From Lepidodermella squamata (Eukaryota; Animalia; Gastrotricha): a DNA stretch of 64,000 nt. The notes below the pieces were generated by a model, which saw nothing but the letters and a program-made list of their open reading frames with translations, did not search any database and was not told the origin of the DNA. Below are positions 35,925-46,351 of this stretch, one piece after another; the first letter of the stretch is position 1, and each line of letters begins with the position of its first letter. The position numbers and the translations under genes are program-made. The DNA lies in contig JBLDXI010000024.1 of the NCBI GenBank assembly GCA_047495785.1, forward strand, positions 2,480,001 to 2,544,000. The letters run 5' to 3'.

Positions 35925-38252
35925 ATGAGAACATCAACATTCCTGCTATTAGCTGGTTTCTTTGCTAACGTTGGTCGTGGCCAGAAGCCGCTGAAGCTTC
36001 AAGTTCTTGCTTTGGTTCCATTCACTGGGGCTGAGCCGAGAGATGGCAAGCATTGCCGGGCGGTGTTCCAAATGGTGGCCGATCTAGCGAACAAGCGGAG
36101 TGACATTCTCCCTTTCTACCAAATCGAGCCTGTATTCGAGGACGATGGACCTGGAAGCAACCTAGCTCTGGCTAAATCTGTTAAATTTTCTCGAAGCTTC
36201 GACAGAAACCCAGCGGATACCTTCCAAGCTCCGATATCTTTGGGGCCAACCTACACCCCTGGATGTGTGAGTTACGGCAGGGCTTCTCGTTACCTGGAAA
36301 CAACAACTCTAGCTTTTGGCTGCCTCTCGCCGGTTCATTCCGGGAATCGAGTTACCTTCGCCAATTTCTACAGATCCCGCAGTTCAGGTGAGATCATCGC
36401 GATGGCCCGTGCGCACTTCATTAGAAACCAGGCTATCTGGTCGAAAATAGCTGTCTTCATCCACGCAACGAATTTCTACAACTTTCAAATCGCAATGCAG
36501 TTCTACGACATCAACAAAGTAACTAAATTCGATTTGTCCTTCTTCAACGCTTTCCCTGATGTCGATGACGTATCGATGGCTATGTTGAAAGACAGTGGGG
36601 CTCGAATAATATCTGGAGAATTCAGCGAACCAGGGCCGGCGCTAAAATTTCTGTGTATGACTCAAAAATACGGCATGACCGGGTCGAAATACGTGATTTT
36701 GCTGCCTACTCCAGTTCAACCTGTTATGGAACAGTTGCCACCTCTCCCCGCAGGTTGTACCATGGCGATGTTCCTAGCCCAGATGGAAATCACGTTCTTC
36801 ATCGGCGGAACTTCAAGCGCTCTGAAGAACCATGGGCCAAGTACGCTTCTCAACTTGAATGTTGACCAAGTTGAAGCTCTTGCGGATGAGAGAACCAACA
36901 GCTCGAGAGCCGGGGACTACGACCGGCGACATTTGTGCTACGATAATTTCCTCCAAGTCGTGCTCATTCTTGACAGAGCTGAGCGAAAACTGAATTCATT
37001 CAACATGAGCCTGAAAGATTACCGAGATAATAAAGGCGTAGTTCTGGACGCGGTGAATTCTAGTTACGGCGAGGTACAGTTCAACGGAATTCGGGTTGGA
37101 AAGGTAGCTTACTCGTCGCGTCTAGAACTTGACCAAGAGCCCCAGTACGTTCTCAGGTGGTCGAAAAAGTTGAAAACATTTGAAGTTTTCGCTGAAATCA
37201 ATCGAAAAACAAACTCTACCGACTTTGATTATCAATCTTACGTGTATAGTAGGATCAAGCCTATAACGTGGGACAATCCTTTAGGAATGGCTCCGAAAGA
37301 CTCCATAACACTAGTTTACACTTTCAATGAAGTTCCTCAGCCAGTTCTTATTGCAGTTTCAATAATTGGAGGGATGCTTTCTCTTGGCAATGCGATCTTA
37401 TTCGGCAGACGCTATATCAAGCATAGGTTCGAAGTTGGTGGTCAGTTGGAATACTACGGCGTCCTTTGTTTCTCCAACATTCTTTTGAACCTCGCTAGCA
37501 TTTCATTCACAATAACAAAGAAAAACGACACAGCAACCGCTATTTGCTGTACGAGGACTCTACTTCTTGTCGCCGGTCTCTCAATTTTACACGCTATTTA
37601 TTTCCGATGGCTTCGCAGCTACAAAGATCGCGTGATTTTCACGAAGCGGCGGGAGACAACTGTGAAGTCGACAACAAGCCGCTATCGTCGGAAAAGTTCG
37701 GTAATCAGCGAGACAGCCTGCACTTCGAAACAGCGACACGACAGTCACGCCCCGTCGATGGATATTCAGCTTAGCCCTGATTCGGCGGACAGCACTCCAT
37801 CAGCTAAGTGTTCACTCATTTTCGCTATCATTTTCGTCGCCATTAACGGAGCTGTAGTCGAGTTTTGGTTAGCTAAAGACACGCCGTACTACAAAGATAT
37901 CCGGTTTCCAACCGAGCAAATTCTTGATGAAATAAGTGATACTGTTTACGAGCCTGTCGAAGGTGCATGTCACTCGGGCGATGAGTTCATTTACGTGGCT
38001 GTACTAATTCCGCTGAATTTCCTTCTCCTCCTTATGTGTGCGTCCACAGCGTATACACTACGACGTTTTGATGATAAGCTAGCATTGAAGGCATTGAAGA
38101 TCGATGTCATCAAGCATATTAGCTTATTTGGAATGGCTGTTCTCGCTGTAGTATGCATTGCACATCCGGTCATTCAGGAAATACTGATTGCATTCGCTCT
38201 GCTAGTTTGCTCGGCATCTTCGACAGTGATTTTCTATTGGCCAAGTAGTTGA
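35925..38252 (+). CDS. Divergent class C GPCR (GABA-B-like), intronless paralog
   Basis: 775-aa ORF with PFTGAEPRDGKHC, GPTYTPGC, LKDSGARII, GDYDRRHLCYD and 7TM. Confidence 0.9.
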   Translation: MRTSTFLLLAGFFANVGRGQKPLKLQVLALVPFTGAEPRDGKHCRAVFQMVADLANKRSDILPFYQIEPVFEDDGPGSNLALAKSVKFSRSFDRNPADTFQAPISLGPTYTPGCVSYGRASRYLETTTLAFGCLSPVHSGNRVTFANFYRSRSSGEIIAMARAHFIRNQAIWSKIAVFIHATNFYNFQIAMQFYDINKVTKFDLSFFNAFPDVDDVSMAMLKDSGARIISGEFSEPGPALKFLCMTQKYGMTGSKYVILLPTPVQPVMEQLPPLPAGCTMAMFLAQMEITFFIGGTSSALKNHGPSTLLNLNVDQVEALADERTNSSRAGDYDRRHLCYDNFLQVVLILDRAERKLNSFNMSLKDYRDNKGVVLDAVNSSYGEVQFNGIRVGKVAYSSRLELDQEPQYVLRWSKKLKTFEVFAEINRKTNSTDFDYQSYVYSRIKPITWDNPLGMAPKDSITLVYTFNEVPQPVLIAVSIIGGMLSLGNAILFGRRYIKHRFEVGGQLEYYGVLCFSNILLNLASISFTITKKNDTATAICCTRTLLLVAGLSILHAIYFRWLRSYKDRVIFTKRRETTVKSTTSRYRRKSSVISETACTSKQRHDSHAPSMDIQLSPDSADSTPSAKCSLIFAIIFVAINGAVVEFWLAKDTPYYKDIRFPTEQILDEISDTVYEPVEGACHSGDEFIYVAVLIPLNFLLLLMCASTAYTLRRFDDKLALKALKIDVIKHISLFGMAVLAVVCIAHPVIQEILIAFALLVCSASSTVIFYWPSS

Positions 38253-38549
38253 AAGTCTTGAGAATAAGATTCAACAGACCATTTTATTAGTACTCATGTT
38301 TTGTTACGTAGTGTTCAGCTTGTAGCACGCCTATATTAAGTTCCTTTATCAAACCTAGAAATTGATTAAACCTAGGCATTTTGAATTCATTATCCATGGT
38401 TCCTCAATCTAATTGTATTAAATTTTGGTTTGTCCGTTTGCGACATCATGTACTCGTTTGATTAATAAAATCAGAGCTTGGCTCTTTTAAATAAAGTGGG
38501 TATTTAGGTAGCTCTTTGGTGCTAGCCTCAACTGTTAGAATTGGGACTT

Positions 38550-40971
38550 TCAGACCCCGCGCAGTTTCGCGACGAAATTTGCGGTGAAATGGTGCGGATG
38601 AGTCTCCAGGTATTTGACGCTCGCAATGCGTAAAAGAAGCTTAAAATCCCGTGCAGTGAAGAGAATAACGTTGGCAACAGCGGAACAGATGAGAGCGAAT
38701 ACATAAATGCCACTTTGAACCACGGGGCTAGACGCTATCAGTAAAGCAATAAGCGTAACAAAGAAGATTGTCGATTGATTAAGAGTTGCTAGTCGGACGT
38801 AACGAAGATCCGGGGGCTGAGTCATTTTTCTCAACTCGAACGATAAGAACATGGCAATTGTGAGGATAATGAAATGAATAGAGGCCAGGGCCAGTTGCCA
38901 AGCAATGAGATAGTTTGACTCGCAGATTGTAGAAACTCTCTCCACTACTAAATCTGTGTCAGCGCTATACTTTCCAGTATTGGTAACGTGTGTCTCAGCC
39001 CTGAAGCTGCCAAAGCCGGACCAAAACGCGAATATGGCAACGTTCAATGCCAGAAAAGCTAACGTCGATACGAATATAAGATAGGACCTTCCTTCGCATG
39101 AGCCGATTGGTTGCTTCGTGGGATCGGGCGTGCGATGCCTTTGATTGGGCTCTAGAAAAGTAGTGTTGTAATAGTAGAGTCGTCTTATTGCTTTGTCTGT
39201 AGCTTGTCGGCTTAGCTCATTGCGCAATCGATATATCGTGGTGAGCCGACCAATCAGAAAGCCGTGAATCAATGAAAGGCCTATTATGCAGGTCAATGGC
39301 TGCAATACGCATAAGTAGGTAGAATTTTGTAGCGAATAAACAATTGAACAGATGGATAAAACGATTGCGCCTAACGATACTATAAACCGGTCTTTTACAC
39401 CAAACTTGGTGACTTCCTGGTCGGATCTGACGTAGAGCCACAGGATGGTCGTCTTTAGATTGAACAATCCTATTAGGACTAGGAAAACATAGGCCACAAT
39501 CGATACTTCGTGTGGTACATAGTCATCGAGCTTGGATTGCAGCCGGATATCTGCAGGCGGCTTCCCGTCTGCCGTTGTCCATCGAACTCTAGAGAGAAGT
39601 TTCCTTTCGAAATCAGAGAATCCGAACCCCGAGCTACCCTTTCGCCGTCTTACTTCAGCAAAGTTCTGTAGAGTGTCGTCTTTTGACCAATAAGCAACAT
39701 AGAGCGGTTCATCGTCGATTTCTAACCTCTGCGAATATTTCGTTGGACCGGAACGTAATCCAGAGAATTCGACCTCCTGAAGGCTAGATTTTATCGCTGC
39801 AACTACTTTCATGGGATTTTCGCTCCAATCACGAAGAGATAAGCTCGAATTTTGAAGTTTCCGATCTGCTTCGTTCAGAACTAGAAGCGCTTGGATCAGA
39901 GTGTCGTAGCAAGTTTCTCTTCGATCAAAATCTCCAGTTTTCGACCGATTCGTTACTTCATCAGCTTTGCGATGGAAAGTATCAAGGTCCCAGCCTAATA
40001 TACTAGTTGGTCCGTTGTTTTGAGGGACAACGTTAGATGGACCGATCCAGTATGAAATCGTCAGTTGGTGTTCCACAATCGACTTGTTACAGCCCCCAGT
40101 CAACGGCGGGAGGTTATTCAAGGAAACCTGGGCTAAAGTTAAAGCGATGAAAACGTATTTCGGCCCAGTAATCCCCACCCTGTGGGCAAAACAAAAAAAT
40201 TGAACAACTTTAGCGATCTCTGCGATCTCTAGCGAAATGATCCTCGCATCGCTGGCTTTCAGCGACAACACAGCATTTTCGTCTATTTCGGAAAAAGCGT
40301 TAAAATACACTAATTCAATCCCGGCTTTTGGAGCCTCACGATAGAATGCCAAGCCAGTCATTACGTTGAAGCTGTTAGCGGCATTGATGAAAAGGGCTAC
40401 CTTCTTCCACTGGCCAATACTCCTCACGAAATGCAGTTTCGCAATTGAGATCATCTCTCCACTTATCCGCGTTCGGTACATGTTAGGATATTCGAGCCTT
40501 TTCGCCGTAAATTGAGGCCCAAGGCAGAAAAATGTCAGGGCAACCATGTTTAAGTGATGAACCATTCGACCGTAAGATTGGCATCCTGGTGTTGACGTTG
40601 CGCCCAAAATCAATGTGGATGGGAAAACGGTCAGACTTTGACTATCTTCGAAACTCCTGGCGAAATTGATCGATTTCTCGGGAGCTAGAGCGCTGTTCCC
40701 AGCATCGTCTTTGTAATCAATTTCAACGTTATAGTCGGTTAAAATATCATTCCGTTCGTTGACTAGTTTTACAACCATCTCCATCACTGCCTTGCCTACA
40801 AGAAAATCAGGTATATTTAGGAACACATTTAGCAAACAAATTACACTGCATCCCGTTTCTCGGTTCGTTCTGCGTGAACGGAACTAAAGCCAGCATTCTT
40901 AATGTGTAGTTCTTCGCATCCGAATGAATGGTAAGAGCCGACAAAATCAAGAGAGTGAGTGAACAATTCAT
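38550..40971 (-). CDS. Divergent class C GPCR (GABA-B-like); 2 exons (intron 40796-40844)
   Basis: Upstream exon MNCSLTLLILSALTIHSDAKNYTLRMLALVPFTQNEPRNGMQ splices through a 49-nt GT-AG intron to CKAVMEM. GDFDRRETCYD and 7TM are present. Confidence 0.88.
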
Positions 40972-41635
40972 CTTTGCAGCAATAGTGAATACTGAGAATT
41001 TGCTACATGTTAGTACCTCGCCATCTTAAAAAGCCGGAAAGGTCCGGTGAGGCTCGTGATAACCCATGTGACTTTTCCCGAGTCTTCCGAGTTGGATACA
41101 TAAAATAACAACTTCCCGCTTCATTAGCTGCAATTCAAAACTGTAAGAGTACCATTTCCTTTCCACTGCAATAAAGTGCTAGTCACGTGGGATATATTTA
41201 GTCGACATTAACGTCTACCTACGTCAACCTCTAGTGCAAACCTACTCTACCGGTTCGATGTCCACATCCAAGAGAGGGCCTCAGATTTCAGTCAAGTCTC
41301 TTTTGTTTTGATAAATCATCGATTTGAGACATTGAAATACTTGTCTTCCTACATTATCCCCATTCTCTGGGACAGGCCTTCACTTATGCCTTTTAAATGC
41401 TACTGTTTTATGCTGCTGCCATTTTTCAGAAATTGATGCACGTGAGCTGACACACAGAACAAAGTTCCGGCATTTCAATGCAATAGTGCTTCCAGTAAGG
41501 ATGTTTGCTCAATGTACAATTTCATGCTACAACTCATTTCCATTATCGAAATATAATTTTAGCTTTAAAGTGTAAACTAACTCAGGAATTGTGCGGCTTT
41601 ATTTACAGAGTTTGACTCCTGTTAACAAACAATCG

Positions 41636-42760
41636 CTACTGAATAGAGTTAACAATTGCTGCAGCTGCAACCAAATTCATTGCAGCGAAAGCACAAACAG
41701 CAACACCCATAGCAATTGAATCAATAAAAACAGCCGCCTTAATGTTAGTACGGCCAAAAACATTCAGACAACGTTCAGCTGATTTTTTGTAATTATTCAC
41801 ATAATGGCACATAACTGCAGAATAGCCAGTAACTAGCATTGTATACAGCATCTCTGCCGCAACATAGTACTCAAGAATGATAGGATTCGGCGTCTTCGGT
41901 ATTGCCGAAACAAGCTGTTGTTGCAGGATCGTAAAGGCCAGTAATAGTGTCATGCAAAACGAAGATCTATCCGGCATCCTCGCTGGAATGAAGAACGACG
42001 CGAGAACGACTATACAAAACACAAAACTGGGCACAATGAGGTTTAAAATGTGCCAATGTGGTTTTCGCTTGAATTCAAAGTAGAAGATTGCCTCGGAGAA
42101 TTCGAACAGTTCAATGTCGGCCGTCTTCAGTGTCATCCAATAGTCAACCAGCGACCAGCCAGCATTTTTCGGCATGAACTTTGGATGCGAAAGGATCTTC
42201 GTCCTCGTAATATTGACGTACTCGATTGGCAATAGCACCATTATGTTAATCGCGCAAATTTGCGTGTCGAACGGGTATCTCAGGAAGTTCAAGTCGCAAT
42301 ACACGTCATAACGGCCGAGGTAAACAGCTACAAATACGCTCATCGATGGAAAAGCAGCCATTCTCACCGAAAATCGGTCCTGGGAGAGCGAAAAGTCCGA
42401 CAGCGTGTTTCTTACATTGATTTTAGGCCGCCAAATTGAAGCAGGATCGAGCTCGAGGACTGGCGTGTTAGCTGGCCATTTTGTGCTGTTGACTTGTTTA
42501 GAAAGCTCTCGAAGGCATGGTATGGCCCAATACGTTTCTATTCCGCTTATGCTTGAAAACTGCTCGTAAAGCTCGTCGATTTCGAGGAATCGGTCCATTC
42601 GCGCAATTATTTGAAGGCTTAAAGGCGCTGAGGTGCCGAGCGAAGGCGCTGTTATGTCCGGCGATACTGTTGGGCATTGCTCTGCTATGAATTCTGTAAC
42701 TGTTTGCGAGATAACAAGCGCATGTTGGCACACAATTAGTATGAGATAAATTGTTAACAT
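41636..42760 (-). CDS. Divergent Cys-loop (pentameric) ligand-gated ion channel subunit, intronless, ~374 aa
   Basis: Signal MLTIYLILIVCQHALVIS, IWRPKI, Cys-loop CDLNFLRYPFDTQIC, FKRKP-M1, M2 and PKT-M3, short loop, then M4. Confidence 0.9.
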   Translation of the reverse strand: MLTIYLILIVCQHALVISQTVTEFIAEQCPTVSPDITAPSLGTSAPLSLQIIARMDRFLEIDELYEQFSSISGIETYWAIPCLRELSKQVNSTKWPANTPVLELDPASIWRPKINVRNTLSDFSLSQDRFSVRMAAFPSMSVFVAVYLGRYDVYCDLNFLRYPFDTQICAINIMVLLPIEYVNITRTKILSHPKFMPKNAGWSLVDYWMTLKTADIELFEFSEAIFYFEFKRKPHWHILNLIVPSFVFCIVVLASFFIPARMPDRSSFCMTLLLAFTILQQQLVSAIPKTPNPIILEYYVAAEMLYTMLVTGYSAVMCHYVNNYKKSAERCLNVFGRTNIKAAVFIDSIAMGVAVCAFAAMNLVAAAAIVNSIQ

Positions 42761-43096
42761 TTTGCATTTTAAAATTCGAAAAATGAAGCAAGGGTGTGGT
42801 CTATTATATTTTGTCGCGATTTTTATTTGCTTAGCCATTAGCGATAGCAAATTTGAGAACCAAAATCAACAATCACTGTCACAATTAGTTCATATCATAG
42901 TAGTCACCTTACGCTGTTCCTTCGACTTTGTTTTTTCCCCGATTCCCCTTTGATGTGTACCGACAGAATCGGATATTTTAAAATGTCGCCCACAACAAGT
43001 GTAAAGCGTGTGCAACTCGAGTTGTCTATTTCCGGCACCAGGCAAAAATTCCTCTAACCCTAATTTTTCTTCCGAAAGCTTACTTCAGTTTGTTTC

Positions 43097-43480
43097 CTCG
43101 AAAGCGCCTAGACATCCTACACCATGATTTCCCCACCATGAATGAATCGCCCAACTTGGGTTGATGAAAAATCGGGTTGTTATCTCGTGAAATCCCCTCA
43201 ATTAGGAATTAGAGCCTTATTGAGCAACCTAATTCACCGATTTTTCAAAAAATTTCTGAATTCATGATTTCGGTTGACGAGTTAAGAGTTAGGATGATTT
43301 TTTCGTTTGCTGACTCATGATTCATAACTCAGATATATTTTGAAAGTCGGTGAATTAGGATGCTCAATCAGGCTCCAATTCCTAATTGAGGGGATTTCAC
43401 AAGATAATAACCAGATTTTTCATCAACCCAAGTTGGGCGATTCATTCCTGGTGGAAATTAGATGCCTTGGCGCTTTCGAG
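43097..43480. mobile_element. Foldback (long inverted repeat) MITE-like element
   Basis: ctcgaaagcgcc...gaatcgcccaacttgggttgatgaaaaatc...cccctcaattaggaatt is mirrored by aattcctaattgagggg...tttttcatcaacccaagttgggcgattc...ggcgctttcgag, with arms of ~165 bp. Confidence 0.8.
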
Positions 43481-43557
43481 ATACCAAATGAGAAGCTATA
43501 GAGAAGTGTTAGATAATTGAACGGTTTATAAAATTTGTTTTATTTTATGACGTCTGA

Positions 43558-45852
43558 TCATTTCCTAGTTTCTACTAGTTTCAATGTCTTGAGACGGTAC
43601 GGCCTTCTCACTCTATTCGACCTAGGTTGAATCCGTTTTCGCTTCAAACTCGGCATCATCCAAGCTGCACTAAGAATACTCGCCGTGATGAGAACACTGA
43701 ACGAGTCCAAAATCTGTTGAATAATAGGATGGCTCTCAGTTGCGAGATGAATCATCACGGCTGCTGGCAGTAACGTGGCAGAACACCCAGCAGCAACTGT
43801 AGCCGACCGGAATTCACGAAATTTCGTACCAAAGCCTTTGATTCGCCCGAGATCGTAAGCGACAAAACAAGCCAATAGAAGCAGCGCCATGTGAATAGCT
43901 CCGATAATTATAGGAATTGCATAATTTGCGACGTTAAATGAATTGCTTGGATAGCAGTTAACAGCCCATTCCTCGAACTGAGTGTCCTGGATTTCATCAG
44001 ATAGTTTGGAAACTAATTTTTCATAGCAAGTGAAGCCGCTTATTGAGATCCAAACAATACTCAAAATCCCGCAAATCGCTGACGAAATTGAAGCCCAGAG
44101 AACATTGGCTACGTCCAACCACCTCCAAGTCGTGCTAGTGACTGTTATTCTGAAAGCAACTTCTTTCTTTTCGAGATTGTTCTCGTCGTCATGGGGCTTT
44201 TGGCCCTGTAGAGCAAGGTATAGGGGTAGAAGTCTGAAACAAACTACCCCAATCGCTAAAAGACCTCCAATTAGGATGAAAAATATCGGAATTTTGAAAT
44301 GCTCAGATTTTTCAATCGTCATCAATCCGGATGAGATTGCTAAAATGAAACACCCTGTCAAGCTGAGTAATTTCGATAGCCAAAAATTTCGGATAAATTT
44401 TCGATCTCTCAAGTAATTTGCGATGAAGACGAGTTGACTTAGACATATAATTGCAACTAAAACTCGAATGATTACAATTACGCTGATGGGTATGCTTAGC
44501 AAGGTCTTAATTAACAAAGGACCATCTTTGGGCGGACTTCCTAACGGCCAATCGATAGCCCGAATCGCTGTAAATTCGTAGTTATCGATTTCGCTAATTT
44601 CATCCGATAAATTGGTCGTTTTTTGAGATGTTAATAGGGCAGTTAGGGATATGCCCTGTTGCGGTCTATAGTAAGAAATTCCCTGAGTTCTGCCTTGTAA
44701 TAGACTATTTTTATCATACCATTTCTCGCCAAGACTAACGCCGTAGTATCTGAGATTCAAAACCGATTCGTTAGCGACTGAAGCAACAAGACTGGGGAAC
44801 TTTTCATAGTCCCTCAGCGTCAAGTTAAACCTTGTTTTCAGTCGATTTTCTGTGTCATTAAGGGCGAGAATTACGGCTAAAGCACTGTCATAGGCTACCT
44901 GAAGACCTGCCCCAATTTCGCCCCCAACTGATTTTATCACATCGGCATATTCAAAGTTTGAAAGGCCTAGTTCGCTAGTCTGGGTGTAATTTTCAGGATT
45001 AGCCCCGCCAAAGTACAAAGTCTGCACCATTTGCTCGATAAAGTCAGTCTTACTGCAGTTTGCTAATGAAGCATCTAAGCTGAAAGCCCCAGTTTGGATG
45101 AGAAAAACGAATTTTGGCCCTCTGAGGCCGACTTTAAACGCCTCGCATAGGAAAGGATTTGCGAGGGCGGGCTGAGACGTGCTGAAAACAATGACCCTTA
45201 ACCCACTTTCTCGCAATGAAATTAGGTCATCGTGGCGAATTTCTGAGACCAGGCTGAACCAGGGCACGGAGAATCCTGATAGCAATGCCTGGCTATGAAG
45301 GATGAAAGCTGACTGGTAGTCGTTAACATTGGCTGAATTTGTCAACAGGGCGAATTTCGACCATTTCCCTACATCCCTCATGTAGCGAAGTAATGCAATG
45401 ACTGGAGATCGTAGCGTCAAGTAGGAAATGTATAGATTAGGGTATAAAGCGTGGTTCTCGAATAAAATCCCAGCGCAAGCACTGGCGACCGCGATTGAAT
45501 GGACCTGAGTTAGTATCGGGCCAATTGCCTTGCATCCACTTGAAAAACCAGGACCGAGAATGATAGGCGATTGAATTTCGCTGCTTGTTTTGTTTCGTTT
45601 GAAGTCGATTAGAATTCGAGCTGCTGCGTTGCCTAAAGCTTCGTTTTCTGCGACATTTTCAATCCAGTAGTCGGGTAGAATGTCGCGCCTGGCATTAGCG
45701 CTGTCGATCGCGAGGTCTGAAGCTAATCGAAGTGCTCGTCTGTTCGGCGAATCAAGGTGGACTATGTTCAGCAGACGTAGTGTAAACGACTTCGTCGCAT
45801 AATTTGAAGGTAAGGATTCACTCAAAAGCCAGAATAAAAGTGCTAGCTTCAT
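43558..45852 (-). CDS. More distant class C GPCR (GABA-B-like), intronless
   Basis: 764-aa ORF with ANARRDILPDY, ILGPGFSSGC, YPNLY, GLRGPKFVF and 7TM. It lacks the GDYDRR motif of the other four. Confidence 0.87.
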   Translation of the reverse strand: MKLALLFWLLSESLPSNYATKSFTLRLLNIVHLDSPNRRALRLASDLAIDSANARRDILPDYWIENVAENEALGNAAARILIDFKRNKTSSEIQSPIILGPGFSSGCKAIGPILTQVHSIAVASACAGILFENHALYPNLYISYLTLRSPVIALLRYMRDVGKWSKFALLTNSANVNDYQSAFILHSQALLSGFSVPWFSLVSEIRHDDLISLRESGLRVIVFSTSQPALANPFLCEAFKVGLRGPKFVFLIQTGAFSLDASLANCSKTDFIEQMVQTLYFGGANPENYTQTSELGLSNFEYADVIKSVGGEIGAGLQVAYDSALAVILALNDTENRLKTRFNLTLRDYEKFPSLVASVANESVLNLRYYGVSLGEKWYDKNSLLQGRTQGISYYRPQQGISLTALLTSQKTTNLSDEISEIDNYEFTAIRAIDWPLGSPPKDGPLLIKTLLSIPISVIVIIRVLVAIICLSQLVFIANYLRDRKFIRNFWLSKLLSLTGCFILAISSGLMTIEKSEHFKIPIFFILIGGLLAIGVVCFRLLPLYLALQGQKPHDDENNLEKKEVAFRITVTSTTWRWLDVANVLWASISSAICGILSIVWISISGFTCYEKLVSKLSDEIQDTQFEEWAVNCYPSNSFNVANYAIPIIIGAIHMALLLLACFVAYDLGRIKGFGTKFREFRSATVAAGCSATLLPAAVMIHLATESHPIIQQILDSFSVLITASILSAAWMMPSLKRKRIQPRSNRVRRPYRLKTLKLVETRK

Positions 45853-46351
45853 TTAATGGACAGTTTTACCTATTCACGAATAATTTCTGTATGTCTGATG
45901 GCTTTCTCGAAGCTTCTTCACGAAATTAAATTTCCCATTCAATTTCAATCAAGGACTAATCAGGCAAAACTTAAGTGAGTTTGTTTTTCCTTCAGCACGT
46001 GGGATCAACGTTGTCTTATATAGTTCTAAATATGATTGAAAATTGATGTCAATTTTGCTGATTGCGCTCCTTAATTTATGCTAAAATCCATAGGTACAGT
46101 TTCCGGTTTCACAAACTAAGTTACTTATCGATCGCGGATGATCGAAGGCGCGAAAAATTATGCGTCATCAATATAGCAAATAAACATGAATTATTGTATT
46201 ATTTGATGTTCGTAAACATTGATTTTGCGTCTAGCCAATCGCGTCGCGTCTAGACTGTGCTGTTTCTCGCGACTTTTGAGCTTCAAGTGAGGGAAAACAA
46301 TAAAACGGGTCAAAGTAATAAAGCGCACTTTTTGATGCGAAATAAATTATA

